DNA from: a virus
Strand: one strand, 5' to 3'
DNA length: 64,000 bases
Virus record (IMG/VR): IMGVR_UViG_3300035670_010691
Span: 1 to 64,000 of that record
Shown: one piece after another, positions 42,501 through 49,570 of the stretch
Position numbering within the stretch: position 1 is the stretch's first letter
Layout of the letters: the number at the start of each line of letters is the position of its first letter
Translations under genes and position numbers: made by a program
The notes under the pieces: generated by a model
What the model was told of the DNA's origin: nothing
What the model saw: only the letters and a program-made list of their open reading frames with translations
Databases searched by the model: none

Positions 42501-43536
42501 TCTCGAATTTAGACTAAGAGTAGTAGTTGGTGCATCTACATACACTACGCCATATCATAGTGTCTTTGTTGCGGGTTCATCAACAAAAAGTCCAAGTGAT
42601 CCAAATTTGAGAAGAGCAGTCGAAAACCAAGCTGCTCTGACTGCAAAGGTATTTTCATTGTCTGTTCCTATGACTTCAGGTAATATCGCAACCGTTTATC
42701 TTGATAAAGTTGGAACGATAGAAATTAATAATTATGAAAATTATGAAATTCCTTACACACCAACCGGAAATGTTGATTCAACACTTGATGCTGCTGCATC
42801 TTACACGGGTGGAGCAACATCAACGATTATAAATGGTGGAGGATTTTTAGCAAAAACCGGTGTAAGCAACTGGTTTAGAGTCCGATCTAAACCCACAACA
42901 GGACAGACTGTTGATGTTATTGGTGGTTTAGGAATTGGTGGTGAAAACGTCACGGGTAACATTGGTGAAGACGGTATATTTCTTAAATTTTATGAAAAAA
43001 CAGCAGGTGCAAACCAATGGATTATGCATAATTCGGGTTCATCTAACTGGCTGTTTGGTAATTCAGATTTATTATTTTTTAGTACGGGGACAAAGCCTTC
43101 TACTTCATCCCCACAAGCAGCAATAGATACTGGTGGTAATTTTAGAATTTCAGGAAACACTGCATATAAAAATACAGGAACAACGTGGTCTAACCCTTCT
43201 GATGAAAGAATTAAATCAAATATAATTGAAATAACAGGATCATTAGATAAAATTAATGAACTTCACCCAATTGAATTTACTTGGAAAGAAGATTATGCTC
43301 ATTCACATTCTTTGGATATTAATGAAAAACAATATGGATTTACCGCACAAAATATGGAACAGGTTTTTCCAAATGAAGTGATAACAACAAGTTATAAAAT
43401 TGACGATACTGATGTTGGTATGAAAACAATTAGTTATCATACTTTAAATGTATATTTGGTAAAAGCAGTCCAAGAATTATCAAATGAAATTAACAACCTT
43501 AAAGATGAAATAAATACATTAAAAAATAAAACTTAA
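33523..43536 (+). CDS. Giant modular tail fibre/receptor-binding protein (3337 aa) with C-terminal peptidase S74 intramolecular chaperone
   Basis: Thr/Ser-rich tandem Ig-like repeats, Gly-rich beta segments (GNIGGW, GTIGGY), SDERIKSNI...GFTAQ...LVKAVQEL plus terminal coiled coil. Confidence 0.88.
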   Translation: MPIIKSFAPKLNLTNYQTFLVDDDPNSTYFRITEFQETFTGGKNGFLIEGSSFLKPTTEIKIELLDVAGNPIYFEPGDGIPEYYEGLSKLISVHVYDDTPIGLGKITILGELSQYIDNTGIIRDVPSEWKGVYNVKWERVFQVNKNLSNETIVRFVKRPVIQIDEIVKPIFTKDIPQITQTGTASGVGENPGEGTSLTGYRAGTLYRIAITDTSNFTSSIDENVISFPSLGYSATVKEVLNNKEVLVDTPYTVNSIVTNFQNQSYTSTYEYPAGAITEESALTGSFAKVNISNLKTFVGDVARVKVYRKSRNEVGDFQLVQDSRLESVELLRDITITSDTELNYGVLQPSTFQDYWITSSNHPTEFDDTYLFASLKSDYDTGTGGTFTLLTSQSFNISDNVEYNLSFKTRLSGSVSPTKTISAFLTGSYSSSVNGNPVLVQYRQNFISRSVDNTYLQRKNISENIISNFSGSARLGFEFVGDDWYVANISLKNAQETSFSPDEFTLIQEVPRKLPKETFDFRFEFYDINNNFIPVEVTATKEFTGGNTSDTSTLTKFLNFESDRTAFRFTTGSLGNPEFQQIAFKVSSNLLTGSVTYTSQAFDFTGSLLTSESYDGGQYPGFLTNASTAGATLTIANFTGSRNDVIVGSIVYTASREDFQEFETVYRFEDGENAPNLFATSNANQFIYEPTTISPKPSGQEIRIQVKRKNLASLITPITANSSSDAPLTVVDDVNGIKTFSISATQFSQSLFVGQNGPYQDVTYSFTASDEFNNPFSDEITISPVINFDGISVVLSNENTSFRANSLGTVTSTEFDEGDGFVTVNIGNESISHNNGLSQRNTFDITSVTPTANITPNSFTPSTNSYGISAMSVDSGSIDINISYKAGDNFTTQSFVKKVNYTKNRIAAPVISIQTTNKNQTVSAYSTGVQTGTFSNAFVTVNETYLGNTNSKTITSLTAVRQDTLANLTTNPSTGEITLSGQTLATGVDSTTVLVTATVTDTEGSSRTVIDNISLSKAKNAPPNVEIAVRPSSQTIEANSRGSGSAVPQSLTITATEGGVDKFVSLGTPSFTNGLAGSASTNTITFTNTASDMTSDTGTVSIPVNYTDSEGTSGQKITIATVSRVRRAQPSVTVTATPQAQSVNSKSTGEVISTPQDVVIKAYQGNTELTYDVTLSSNSTYNVTGQTLGSRINNTISISSAQVTSDTVTGTVTVGYKDEEGTIGSRTIEYTVSKSKAAVPTILITATPQAQSVLADQFGVQTGTLSNVTVDAIEGSTSQFDSMSITSTSGFSTAPTVSSNTLVMTSAVMNSDEGSVTLTVNYTDSEGTSSSGSITIRTTKVSVGLDGSNGGDGNDAKVVSLTANRYVIPYDGDGNESGSNSITLTATEQNHEGTVYYEFLQGVTQKQNTTANTYAVDEAEEPAPGTSDLWTVKTREGSSGGTVIAFDTIDLFGVKDGTNARSIRLSSDYQSFVEAKDGTITPSTITFTASRQNISTATTFTPTPSVTLGGSGDVRTLSSTNFGSNTSVTINASSEGFEDEITIVRLVEGSDAVNVISTNQSHTAPSDFDGTNTDLTNSGTTIKVFEGTTELSYDGVGTSAGKWTVATTVSPAGKITVGSITDNGDNITVGDHSNMANDTDVVLVIYEITGQKLNGDSFSINSNQTITKSKAGKNAITAFLTNEAHVLPTTNTGETNYAGSGTSIIVYKGATQLEGILTQTPTTNQFSASAEVTLGEITIGNATTSSNEIIFATHSLMNTDLAIIKYTINIENEIFLEKFQTLTKVREGSDSKVVTLSANRYTIPYDGDGNEDGELTIVLTATQQNHVGTVYYEFRRSTDGGSTFTQVQNTTTNTYTIPDASEPGPGENHVYQVRTREGSDTGTVVTFDNIDVFGIKEGSDAFTVFLTNDSHTFPGNNDGSVNSGDLAAGATQIRVFRGTTQYTFDDGGTPADNTYTIGTVSQSGITVSASTVLNQRQFTPTAVSATKGSVAYEIIDNETSTTFNKIYTFGVSVKGDTGEDSQTITLSADAQAFRVAQNGSITPDSIKLSVNKQNLTDTTNWTTSPSVTLYTAPTGGSTTTTGDTVYLRKGDFGSNTSVLVTATAGTFSDSTTIVRLEEGSDAINVINTNQAHTLPAASDGTVSSYDNSGTTIKVFEGDTELAYDGVGTSNGTWTVSISQNPTSTITVGSITDNGNNITIGNHSNMAIGTSSVLITYSISGKRQNGTSFSIDTTQTITKSIAGTDGVNGSNGTDAKTVALSASPQYTVLYDGDGTKTAVAITLTATPQNFTNPYYQFTQDGTERQAYSTTATYLIPDAQEPAANTSDLWQVNVKEGNVGSVVAFDNTDIFGVKAGTNAITAFLTNEAHTLPTTNAGVVTYTGSGTSVVVLKGATELNGITSGTPTLGQFTVTTAVTTGTITVGAKSSPGNPMVFGDHTNMTTDLAIIEYTINVENLVTLKKYQTLAKSIEGDKGDPGDTGPSGLRTTSGMVHYQLVSTSAPSSPTATSFNFSTGGFTGLTANWGTGAPTYASGNTNKYWYATYTVVESSAGSGVGTPTFGTVTQAIGFSGLVSFTAAENITDGTNTLSFGVSGATLINGDNISTGRIISTNYVTGSGNGFTNTGTEFNLDEGLIASKNFTIKPNGDAVFNGSGTFSGTVNASGGSFTNTVSIGSGATSGTLTVGTDTNKITIIGTNSEDTTKIYSGTGTYGNSNTGFYLGADGLFSLGNKLTFDASSNLTISGNITATTLTATTSGNIGGWSINNGYLEKDGVRLNAGSNNGYLGIGLTSYNSGSGIWIGETSSALYQMSIKNTTTNKYILWDGSNLQINAGNFSLNSDGDITASNVQFNDGTFSGTVYATDGIFSGSITATGGTIGGYTIGDNILTSTTGKIEIGKNEIQIYDNNNLLKFDVNTETSLPNPNLNDSGTTSGNSSNALSIQRTTNGVTSTTATSNMGIFTAGVTSTYIVSYSFPGGTVGTNHYVRAAGSETVSTLEFRLRVVVGASTYTTPYHSVFVAGSSTKSPSDPNLRRAVENQAALTAKVFSLSVPMTSGNIATVYLDKVGTIEINNYENYEIPYTPTGNVDSTLDAAASYTGGATSTIINGGGFLAKTGVSNWFRVRSKPTTGQTVDVIGGLGIGGENVTGNIGEDGIFLKFYEKTAGANQWIMHNSGSSNWLFGNSDLLFFSTGTKPSTSSPQAAIDTGGNFRISGNTAYKNTGTTWSNPSDERIKSNIIEITGSLDKINELHPIEFTWKEDYAHSHSLDINEKQYGFTAQNMEQVFPNEVITTSYKIDDTDVGMKTISYHTLNVYLVKAVQELSNEINNLKDEINTLKNKT
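37588..40930 (+). repeat. Ten diverged ~90-125 aa modules within the tail fibre
   Basis: Recurrent KVVSLTANRY/YDGDG, TNQSHT/TNQAHT and NAITAFLTNEAH units. Confidence 0.8.
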
Positions 43537-43559
43537 TATATTTAAAATTAATAAAGGTT

Positions 43560-44501
43560 ATGAATAATTTTATTTTACTCTCTCATTGGAACGGAAGATT
43601 TGGAAATAGAATGCATCAATATGCTTATGGTGCTACTTATTCTAAATTAAATGATGTTGATTTTATATTAACATCTGATTGGGAAGGAACGTTTTTATTT
43701 AAACATCAATTTCACCGAGTTTGTGATAATGATGAAGTTCGTTTATACCGAAATCAAAGTGATAATCAATTTCATACTCTTGATATGCAAGAGATGATTT
43801 TAAAGAAAAATTATCCCGATATAAAATTTATTAATCCCGAAAACCCCGAAACAAATTACAAAAAAGTTGATAATCCTGTTTGGTTTGATTCAGTTTGTGC
43901 ATATAACAAATCTATTTTTGAAAAAATGTCAAAAGATTATTTATTGAGAGTTTTTAAATTTTCAGATTTGGTAAAAGAAACTGATGCTTATAAATATTGG
44001 TCTGAAAGACAGGGTACATATGATATTGCTCATTTAAGAAGAGACGATATTTCAAATCCCCAATATAACCAACAAAACGTTCAGGGATATTCCGTAGTTT
44101 CTCAACAATCATATTTTAATGCATTTAAAAAATATGGATATGACCCACAAAATATAATTTGGATTTCAGATGATCATATCAATAAATGGCATAAAGATAG
44201 AAAACCAACTCAATTTTTTGGATGGAGATACCCCGAGGGTTCTGTCTATAAAGATGGGTTTGTGTTTGATTGGTTGGAAGACTTTTTAAAACTTTATTTT
44301 GCACGAACTATTTTTAGAGCAAATTCATCGTTTAGTTGGTGGGCTTCATTTCTTTCTCCTACCGCAAAGGTTTTTTCTCCTGTATTGGATAAACAACTCA
44401 TTTATGGTAGAGATGGTATAGAAGAAGAAATTGAAGTTCAATTTGTAGAAGGAAACCATCCACATTGGTTATATGGAGTTGATGATATTGTTATAAAATG
44501 A
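43560..44501 (+). CDS. GT11-like (alpha-1,2-fucosyltransferase-type) glycosyltransferase
   Basis: GRFGNRMHQYA, HLRRDD (HxRxxD), ANSSFSWWA. Confidence 0.75.
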   Translation: MNNFILLSHWNGRFGNRMHQYAYGATYSKLNDVDFILTSDWEGTFLFKHQFHRVCDNDEVRLYRNQSDNQFHTLDMQEMILKKNYPDIKFINPENPETNYKKVDNPVWFDSVCAYNKSIFEKMSKDYLLRVFKFSDLVKETDAYKYWSERQGTYDIAHLRRDDISNPQYNQQNVQGYSVVSQQSYFNAFKKYGYDPQNIIWISDDHINKWHKDRKPTQFFGWRYPEGSVYKDGFVFDWLEDFLKLYFARTIFRANSSFSWWASFLSPTAKVFSPVLDKQLIYGRDGIEEEIEVQFVEGNHPHWLYGVDDIVIK

Positions 44502-45214
44502 AAATACATTTAGTTTGTTTTAATACAAAATCATGTTATGGTATAGTTGATTATTATCAAGAATCATTTCAAAAATTATCTTCTTCTTTTTTAAAAAACG
44601 GAGGAGATGAGATACATCATTTTGTTGAGGAAACTTTACCTTATAAAAGTGATTATGAAAAGTATTTTTTTGAAGATAATAAGGAATCTGCATTTGGATT
44701 TTATGCATTTAAACCTTTGATTATTTCTCATGTAATGGAAGAAATACCTTTTGGTGATGTTATACTTTATCACGATGTTGGTAGACCAGAATACAATTAC
44801 GAAATAAAAAAAGACATAAAAAAGACTGTTGATTTAGTAAAAAAAACTTATATGGGTATAGGGTTGGGTAGAGGCCCTTTTTCACATAACGAATACACAC
44901 GAAATGATTGTTTTGAACTTATGAATTGTGATTTTGAAGAATTAAGACATTCTAAGCAACTTGCTGCAAATTGGGGATTTTATGAAAAAAATCACATGGT
45001 TTTAGAATTTATTTCCAAATGGAAAGAGTGGTGTTTAAATTATGAAGTTGTTAGAAGTCATTATGAGTATGAAATTAATCACCAAGAATTTTCAGCTCAT
45101 AGATGGGATCAATCTATTTTAACCAATTTACATTTTTTATATAATTTGGAAACATTACCAAACTTAAAAGAATATAGTTGGGAAAAAGACATAAATAATT
45201 TTTTACATGAATGA
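44498..45214 (+). CDS. Putative glycosyltransferase-like protein
   Basis: FKPLII, LYHDVG, HRWDQSILT motifs; cluster context. Confidence 0.5.
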   Translation: MKIHLVCFNTKSCYGIVDYYQESFQKLSSSFLKNGGDEIHHFVEETLPYKSDYEKYFFEDNKESAFGFYAFKPLIISHVMEEIPFGDVILYHDVGRPEYNYEIKKDIKKTVDLVKKTYMGIGLGRGPFSHNEYTRNDCFELMNCDFEELRHSKQLAANWGFYEKNHMVLEFISKWKEWCLNYEVVRSHYEYEINHQEFSAHRWDQSILTNLHFLYNLETLPNLKEYSWEKDINNFLHE

Positions 45215-45870
45215 TAGTCGTTGCAAGTCATAATAATTTAGATACATTAGGTTGGATTGTAGAAGACTTATATAGAATAGATTTAAATAATCATGAAGTT
45301 TGTATTATTGATACAAATTCAAATAATTTGGAATTTAAAGAAAAATTTCATATATTAAGAAATGAGTATCCTTATTTTAAATTTATTAATTTAAATTATA
45401 CTTGTTGGGATAGTGGAGCTTATATTTGGGCATATAATAATCTAAAATCTGAACGGTATATATTTTTACAAGATTCGTTACGAATATTGGATAAAAATTA
45501 TATCAAGTTAATAGACCAAAATTTAGATTTATACGATGTTGTTGCTCATATAAATTTCAAATATCATTACGAAAATGAGGAACAAAAAAATTGGGTAGAA
45601 GACGGTATATTATTTAATGAATTACCCGAAGATGCAATATTCGGTCCTATTTTTGGTGTAAAAAAAACAACATTAGATAAGATACCTTCTTATTGGTTAA
45701 AACATCCGACAAATAAAAATGAAGGTTGTGGTATGGAAAGACGATGGAGTTTAATGTTTAATCAAATTGGAGCATCAAAGAAATATTTGGAAATTGAAGA
45801 TATTCCAAATGAGGTTACTATATATAATACAAGGAAGTATATACATAAATTATTTTATCACAGATTATGA
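45211..45870 (+). CDS. Putative GT-A fold glycosyltransferase
   Basis: IIDTNS, WDSGAY, YIFLQDS, GMERRW. Confidence 0.5.
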   Translation: MIVVASHNNLDTLGWIVEDLYRIDLNNHEVCIIDTNSNNLEFKEKFHILRNEYPYFKFINLNYTCWDSGAYIWAYNNLKSERYIFLQDSLRILDKNYIKLIDQNLDLYDVVAHINFKYHYENEEQKNWVEDGILFNELPEDAIFGPIFGVKKTTLDKIPSYWLKHPTNKNEGCGMERRWSLMFNQIGASKKYLEIEDIPNEVTIYNTRKYIHKLFYHRL

Positions 45871-46883
45871 AAATAGAAAATAAAAAATTGGCATTAGTTT
45901 TAGGTGGAGGTGGTTTCATAGGAGGTCATCTGGCAAAACGATTAAAAGAACAAGGATATTGGGTAAGGGTAGTTGATATTAAACCTAAGCACGAATATTA
46001 TGAATTAGATGAGTTTTGTCATGAATATATTGAAGGTGATTTGAGAGATTCAAGTTTAGTTTCCCGAATTATGTATTCACCAAATCAAAGAGCAGAGAAT
46101 GATAAAGAAAATTCATTTGATGAAGTTTATCAACTTGCTGCGGACATGGGAGGAGCTGGTTATATCTTTACAGGTGATAATGATGCAAATGTAATGCATA
46201 ATTCAGGTCTAATTAACTTTAATGTTGCATACGAAGCAAGTAAAAAAAGTGTAAAGAAAATTTTATACACTTCATCAGCTTGTATATACCCCGAACATAA
46301 TCAGTTAGACCCTGATAACCCGAAATGTGAAGAGTCATCTGCATATCCCGCAAACCCCGACTCCGAGTATGGTTGGGAAAAATTATTGAGTGAAAGATTG
46401 TATTTATCTTTTCACCGAAATTATGGATTAGATGTAAAGATTGCAAGACTACACAATATATTCGGTCCGTATGGAACGTGGGATGGTGGTAGAGAAAAAG
46501 CACCTGCGGCAATTTGTAGAAAAGTTATTCAAGCACCCGAAGGTGGTGAATTAGAAATTTGGGGTGATGGAAAACAAACCCGGTCTTTTCTTTATATAGA
46601 TGAGTGTTTAGACGGATTAAGAATTTTAATGGACTCAAATGAAAATCAACCTTTTAATATTGGTAGTGAAGAAATGATTTCCATAAACGAATTTACCAAA
46701 ATGATTATCGGTATAAGTGGAAAAAATTTAAGTATAAAAAATATACCAGGTCCAGAAGGAGTCAGGGGTAGAAATTCAGATAATAATTTAGTTTATTCCC
46801 TTTTAGGTTGGAAACCAACAATACCACTTAAAGATGGTATTACAAAAACATACCGATGGATTGAGACACAAGTAAATGAATAA
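45867..46883 (+). CDS. GDP-mannose 3,5-epimerase-like SDR
   Basis: GGGGFIG, QLAADMGGAGYI, SSACIYP, YGWEK, WDGGREKAPAAICRK, GVRGRNSDN are all GME signatures. Confidence 0.88.
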   Translation: MKIENKKLALVLGGGGFIGGHLAKRLKEQGYWVRVVDIKPKHEYYELDEFCHEYIEGDLRDSSLVSRIMYSPNQRAENDKENSFDEVYQLAADMGGAGYIFTGDNDANVMHNSGLINFNVAYEASKKSVKKILYTSSACIYPEHNQLDPDNPKCEESSAYPANPDSEYGWEKLLSERLYLSFHRNYGLDVKIARLHNIFGPYGTWDGGREKAPAAICRKVIQAPEGGELEIWGDGKQTRSFLYIDECLDGLRILMDSNENQPFNIGSEEMISINEFTKMIIGISGKNLSIKNIPGPEGVRGRNSDNNLVYSLLGWKPTIPLKDGITKTYRWIETQVNE

Positions 46884-47925
46884 AGAGTATTCACCAAAAA
46901 TATTAGTTACAACTGGTGCTGGAAACACAATTAAAGGTGGGGCCGATATTTGGACTAACCATTTTCTAAAATGGGTGTGGCCTACTTTACCTGATAAAAA
47001 AGAGTGGTTTTTACTTATAGACTCAAAAAGACCTGCTCAATTTGAAGAAAGATATTTACCAAAAGGACTTCGATACCACTTTCATGGTGATGATCCAGAA
47101 GTAACAAAAGATTGGTTGAATAGAGCTTCTGTTATACATTTTTTACATTCTCATTATCATAAAAGACCACACATTTGGCATTTTGAAGATAAGTTTGGAA
47201 CTATTTTTGTTCATGCATATCCAAGAGATATGATTTCGGTTATAGATAAAATACCAGAATTAAAATTATTACAATTTAATACAAAAGTAGATGCCGAGTG
47301 GTATGATGATTTTCTTCTTACATTTAATAGAAGAATTTGGATTGGATGTAATCCAAGTCAAATGTTTGATAATTTTCCAAATTATAGCTATAATGTTCCA
47401 AACTTTTATGAATTTCAACTTAATGCACCCCTAACAAATCATGTAAATAATGGAAAAGTTGGATACGCAGCAAGAATAGAAACTCGTAAGGCATTTCACT
47501 GGATGCACGGTGTTGAGGGATTGGCTTTGGTAGAACAAATGGATTTAGAAAATTTAAGAGCAACCACAACTTATACATTTCCTAAATTGGATGTTTATCA
47601 GTATCACCCCGATATTCATCAACATTTTATGAATAAAAATTGGGGTATATTTCATGGAGCTCATTTCCAAGAACCATTTGGATATAACATATTTCAAGCA
47701 GTAGATTATGGTAAATTACCAATAATAAATCATGATTGGTGCCCCGAAGTGGAATACAAATATAGAGCTTCAACTATGAATGATTTTCAAAGGATGATTA
47801 AACAAATTCTAAAAGATTCCCACCAAGAGAGAGAAGAAAATTGGTTGAGATTAAAACAATATATGAAACGATTTGATAATAGGGAAGAGTGGGTTGATAA
47901 AGTCAGAACTGCAATATTAGCATAA
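46876..47925 (+). CDS. Putative GT-B (GT4-like) glycosyltransferase
   Basis: GGADIW near the N-terminus, ARIETRK, EPFGYNIFQAVDYG resembling the ExF-x-E motif. Confidence 0.6.
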   Translation: MNKEYSPKILVTTGAGNTIKGGADIWTNHFLKWVWPTLPDKKEWFLLIDSKRPAQFEERYLPKGLRYHFHGDDPEVTKDWLNRASVIHFLHSHYHKRPHIWHFEDKFGTIFVHAYPRDMISVIDKIPELKLLQFNTKVDAEWYDDFLLTFNRRIWIGCNPSQMFDNFPNYSYNVPNFYEFQLNAPLTNHVNNGKVGYAARIETRKAFHWMHGVEGLALVEQMDLENLRATTTYTFPKLDVYQYHPDIHQHFMNKNWGIFHGAHFQEPFGYNIFQAVDYGKLPIINHDWCPEVEYKYRASTMNDFQRMIKQILKDSHQEREENWLRLKQYMKRFDNREEWVDKVRTAILA

Positions 47926-47937
47926 TTTTGACTATGT

Positions 47938-47946
47938 ATATTTATA
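47938..47946 (+). promoter_or_regulatory. Putative late promoter motif ATATTTATA inside the glycan cluster
   Basis: In the largest intergenic gap within the cluster, 14 nt before ATG 47961. Confidence 0.55.
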
Positions 47947-47960
47947 TATAAACCTCTTGG

Positions 47961-48740
47961 ATGCCACTTTTAAATTTACAAAGAATATACGAGTTTATTA
48001 CTCATAATCATTCTTTTAAAAAGGATGTAAAGGGTAAAGAGTATAAAGAATTCCAACCTGTAAAGTATCGTTGGACTCATGGTGCAACGGATTATAATAT
48101 GGGTGACGGTCTTTTAGTATATTCCCTTATTCATCATTTACGGGCAAAAACTTGTGTCTGTCTTGGAAGTGGCGGTGGGTTCATTCCAAGAATAATGACC
48201 GAAGCTCGTTTGGATTTATACGATAGTAAAATATTTGAAGGAGAACGTCTAATAGAATGGGGGGATACTGGAACTACAATTCTTGTTGATGCAAATAATG
48301 GAGTTGGTGGTAATCCTGATTATCTTGATAAATCTTCTTTTTTTAGAGAATATTATCCAATTCGTTTAATAGTAGATACTACTGAAAACGCGTACTACAA
48401 CTTTTTTGTCAAAGAGGATATAAAGATAGATTATTTACATATAGATGCAGGTCACTCTTACGAAGATGTGAAACGAGATTTTGATTTATACACAAAACTC
48501 TTACAACCACACGGAATTGTTTCCATACACGATACAGATTCTTCATATGAAAACGAATATATTGTTACCGAAGATATAAAATCACAAGATTATCATCATG
48601 AATTTAACGGCCCTCAACAGTTGATAAGAGAATTAAAAGACAATCCCGAGTGGGAGATGTTTAATCTTTTCAATCACGGTATCAAAAGAGATAAACCATC
48701 AACAACAGGACTAACAATATTACAGAGATGCAAAAACTAA
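47961..48740 (+). CDS. Class I SAM-dependent methyltransferase (Methyltransf_24-like)
   Basis: CLGSGGG, LHIDAGHSYEDV, SIHDT. Confidence 0.8.
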   Translation: MPLLNLQRIYEFITHNHSFKKDVKGKEYKEFQPVKYRWTHGATDYNMGDGLLVYSLIHHLRAKTCVCLGSGGGFIPRIMTEARLDLYDSKIFEGERLIEWGDTGTTILVDANNGVGGNPDYLDKSSFFREYYPIRLIVDTTENAYYNFFVKEDIKIDYLHIDAGHSYEDVKRDFDLYTKLLQPHGIVSIHDTDSSYENEYIVTEDIKSQDYHHEFNGPQQLIRELKDNPEWEMFNLFNHGIKRDKPSTTGLTILQRCKN

Positions 48741-49570
48741 ATTTAGTTACAGTTGTGGGTCATAACATTACTATGTTACCTCATATGATAAACCATTATA
48801 AAGATACGGTTGATGAGATATATGTTGTTGTTTATAAACAACACAATAATGATGGAATTGAAGAACAAGTCAGAGAATTGGGAATAAATCCTTATTTAGT
48901 AGTTACCGAACCAAAATTTAATTGGGAAAAGGTAACAGAATTATATAATCAAGTAAAACAAACCAAACCTGATGAATGGTGGATAGTGAGTGATGACGAT
49001 GAATTTCATGTTTATCCAAAACCAATCAGAGAAATGATAGAAGAATGTGAGGAAAATGGGTGGGATTTTATTACAGGTGGTTTTTTAGATAGAATAGGAC
49101 CTGATGGAACTTTTCCAGTTATTACTAATGAAAGTAATATATGGGAAGAATTTACAAACTGCGGATTTTTTAGAAATCCAATGAGTGGGGCTTGTCCAAA
49201 TAAAGTATGTGTAATGAAGGGTTCAGTTGATGTAACAGGGGGTCAGCACTATGTGTCTGTAGGTGATAGCGATACTTGGAGAGAAAGAGGATGGAACCAT
49301 CCAAAACGATATCCACCTAAAAAAGGATTTGTTCAAGTTCATCATTTTAAATGGGATAGTTCGGTTTTAAAAAGATTACAAGATGTCGCAAATACCAAAA
49401 CTGACTATTCATATTGGAAAGAATATAAAAAAATGTATAGAAATATTCAATTAAATAATTTTCGTATTGACATTAATAATAAAAATTATTATATTGTACC
49501 TATGTCTAAAAATACATATGATGAGTATCCATATTGGAAAATTATAACTCAAAAAATAATTGAAATATGA
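48728..49570 (+). CDS. GT2-like glycosyltransferase
   Basis: LPHMINHY, WWIVSDDDEF (DxD), GGQHYV, HHFKW. Confidence 0.7.
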   Translation: MQKLNLVTVVGHNITMLPHMINHYKDTVDEIYVVVYKQHNNDGIEEQVRELGINPYLVVTEPKFNWEKVTELYNQVKQTKPDEWWIVSDDDEFHVYPKPIREMIEECEENGWDFITGGFLDRIGPDGTFPVITNESNIWEEFTNCGFFRNPMSGACPNKVCVMKGSVDVTGGQHYVSVGDSDTWRERGWNHPKRYPPKKGFVQVHHFKWDSSVLKRLQDVANTKTDYSYWKEYKKMYRNIQLNNFRIDINNKNYYIVPMSKNTYDEYPYWKIITQKIIEI

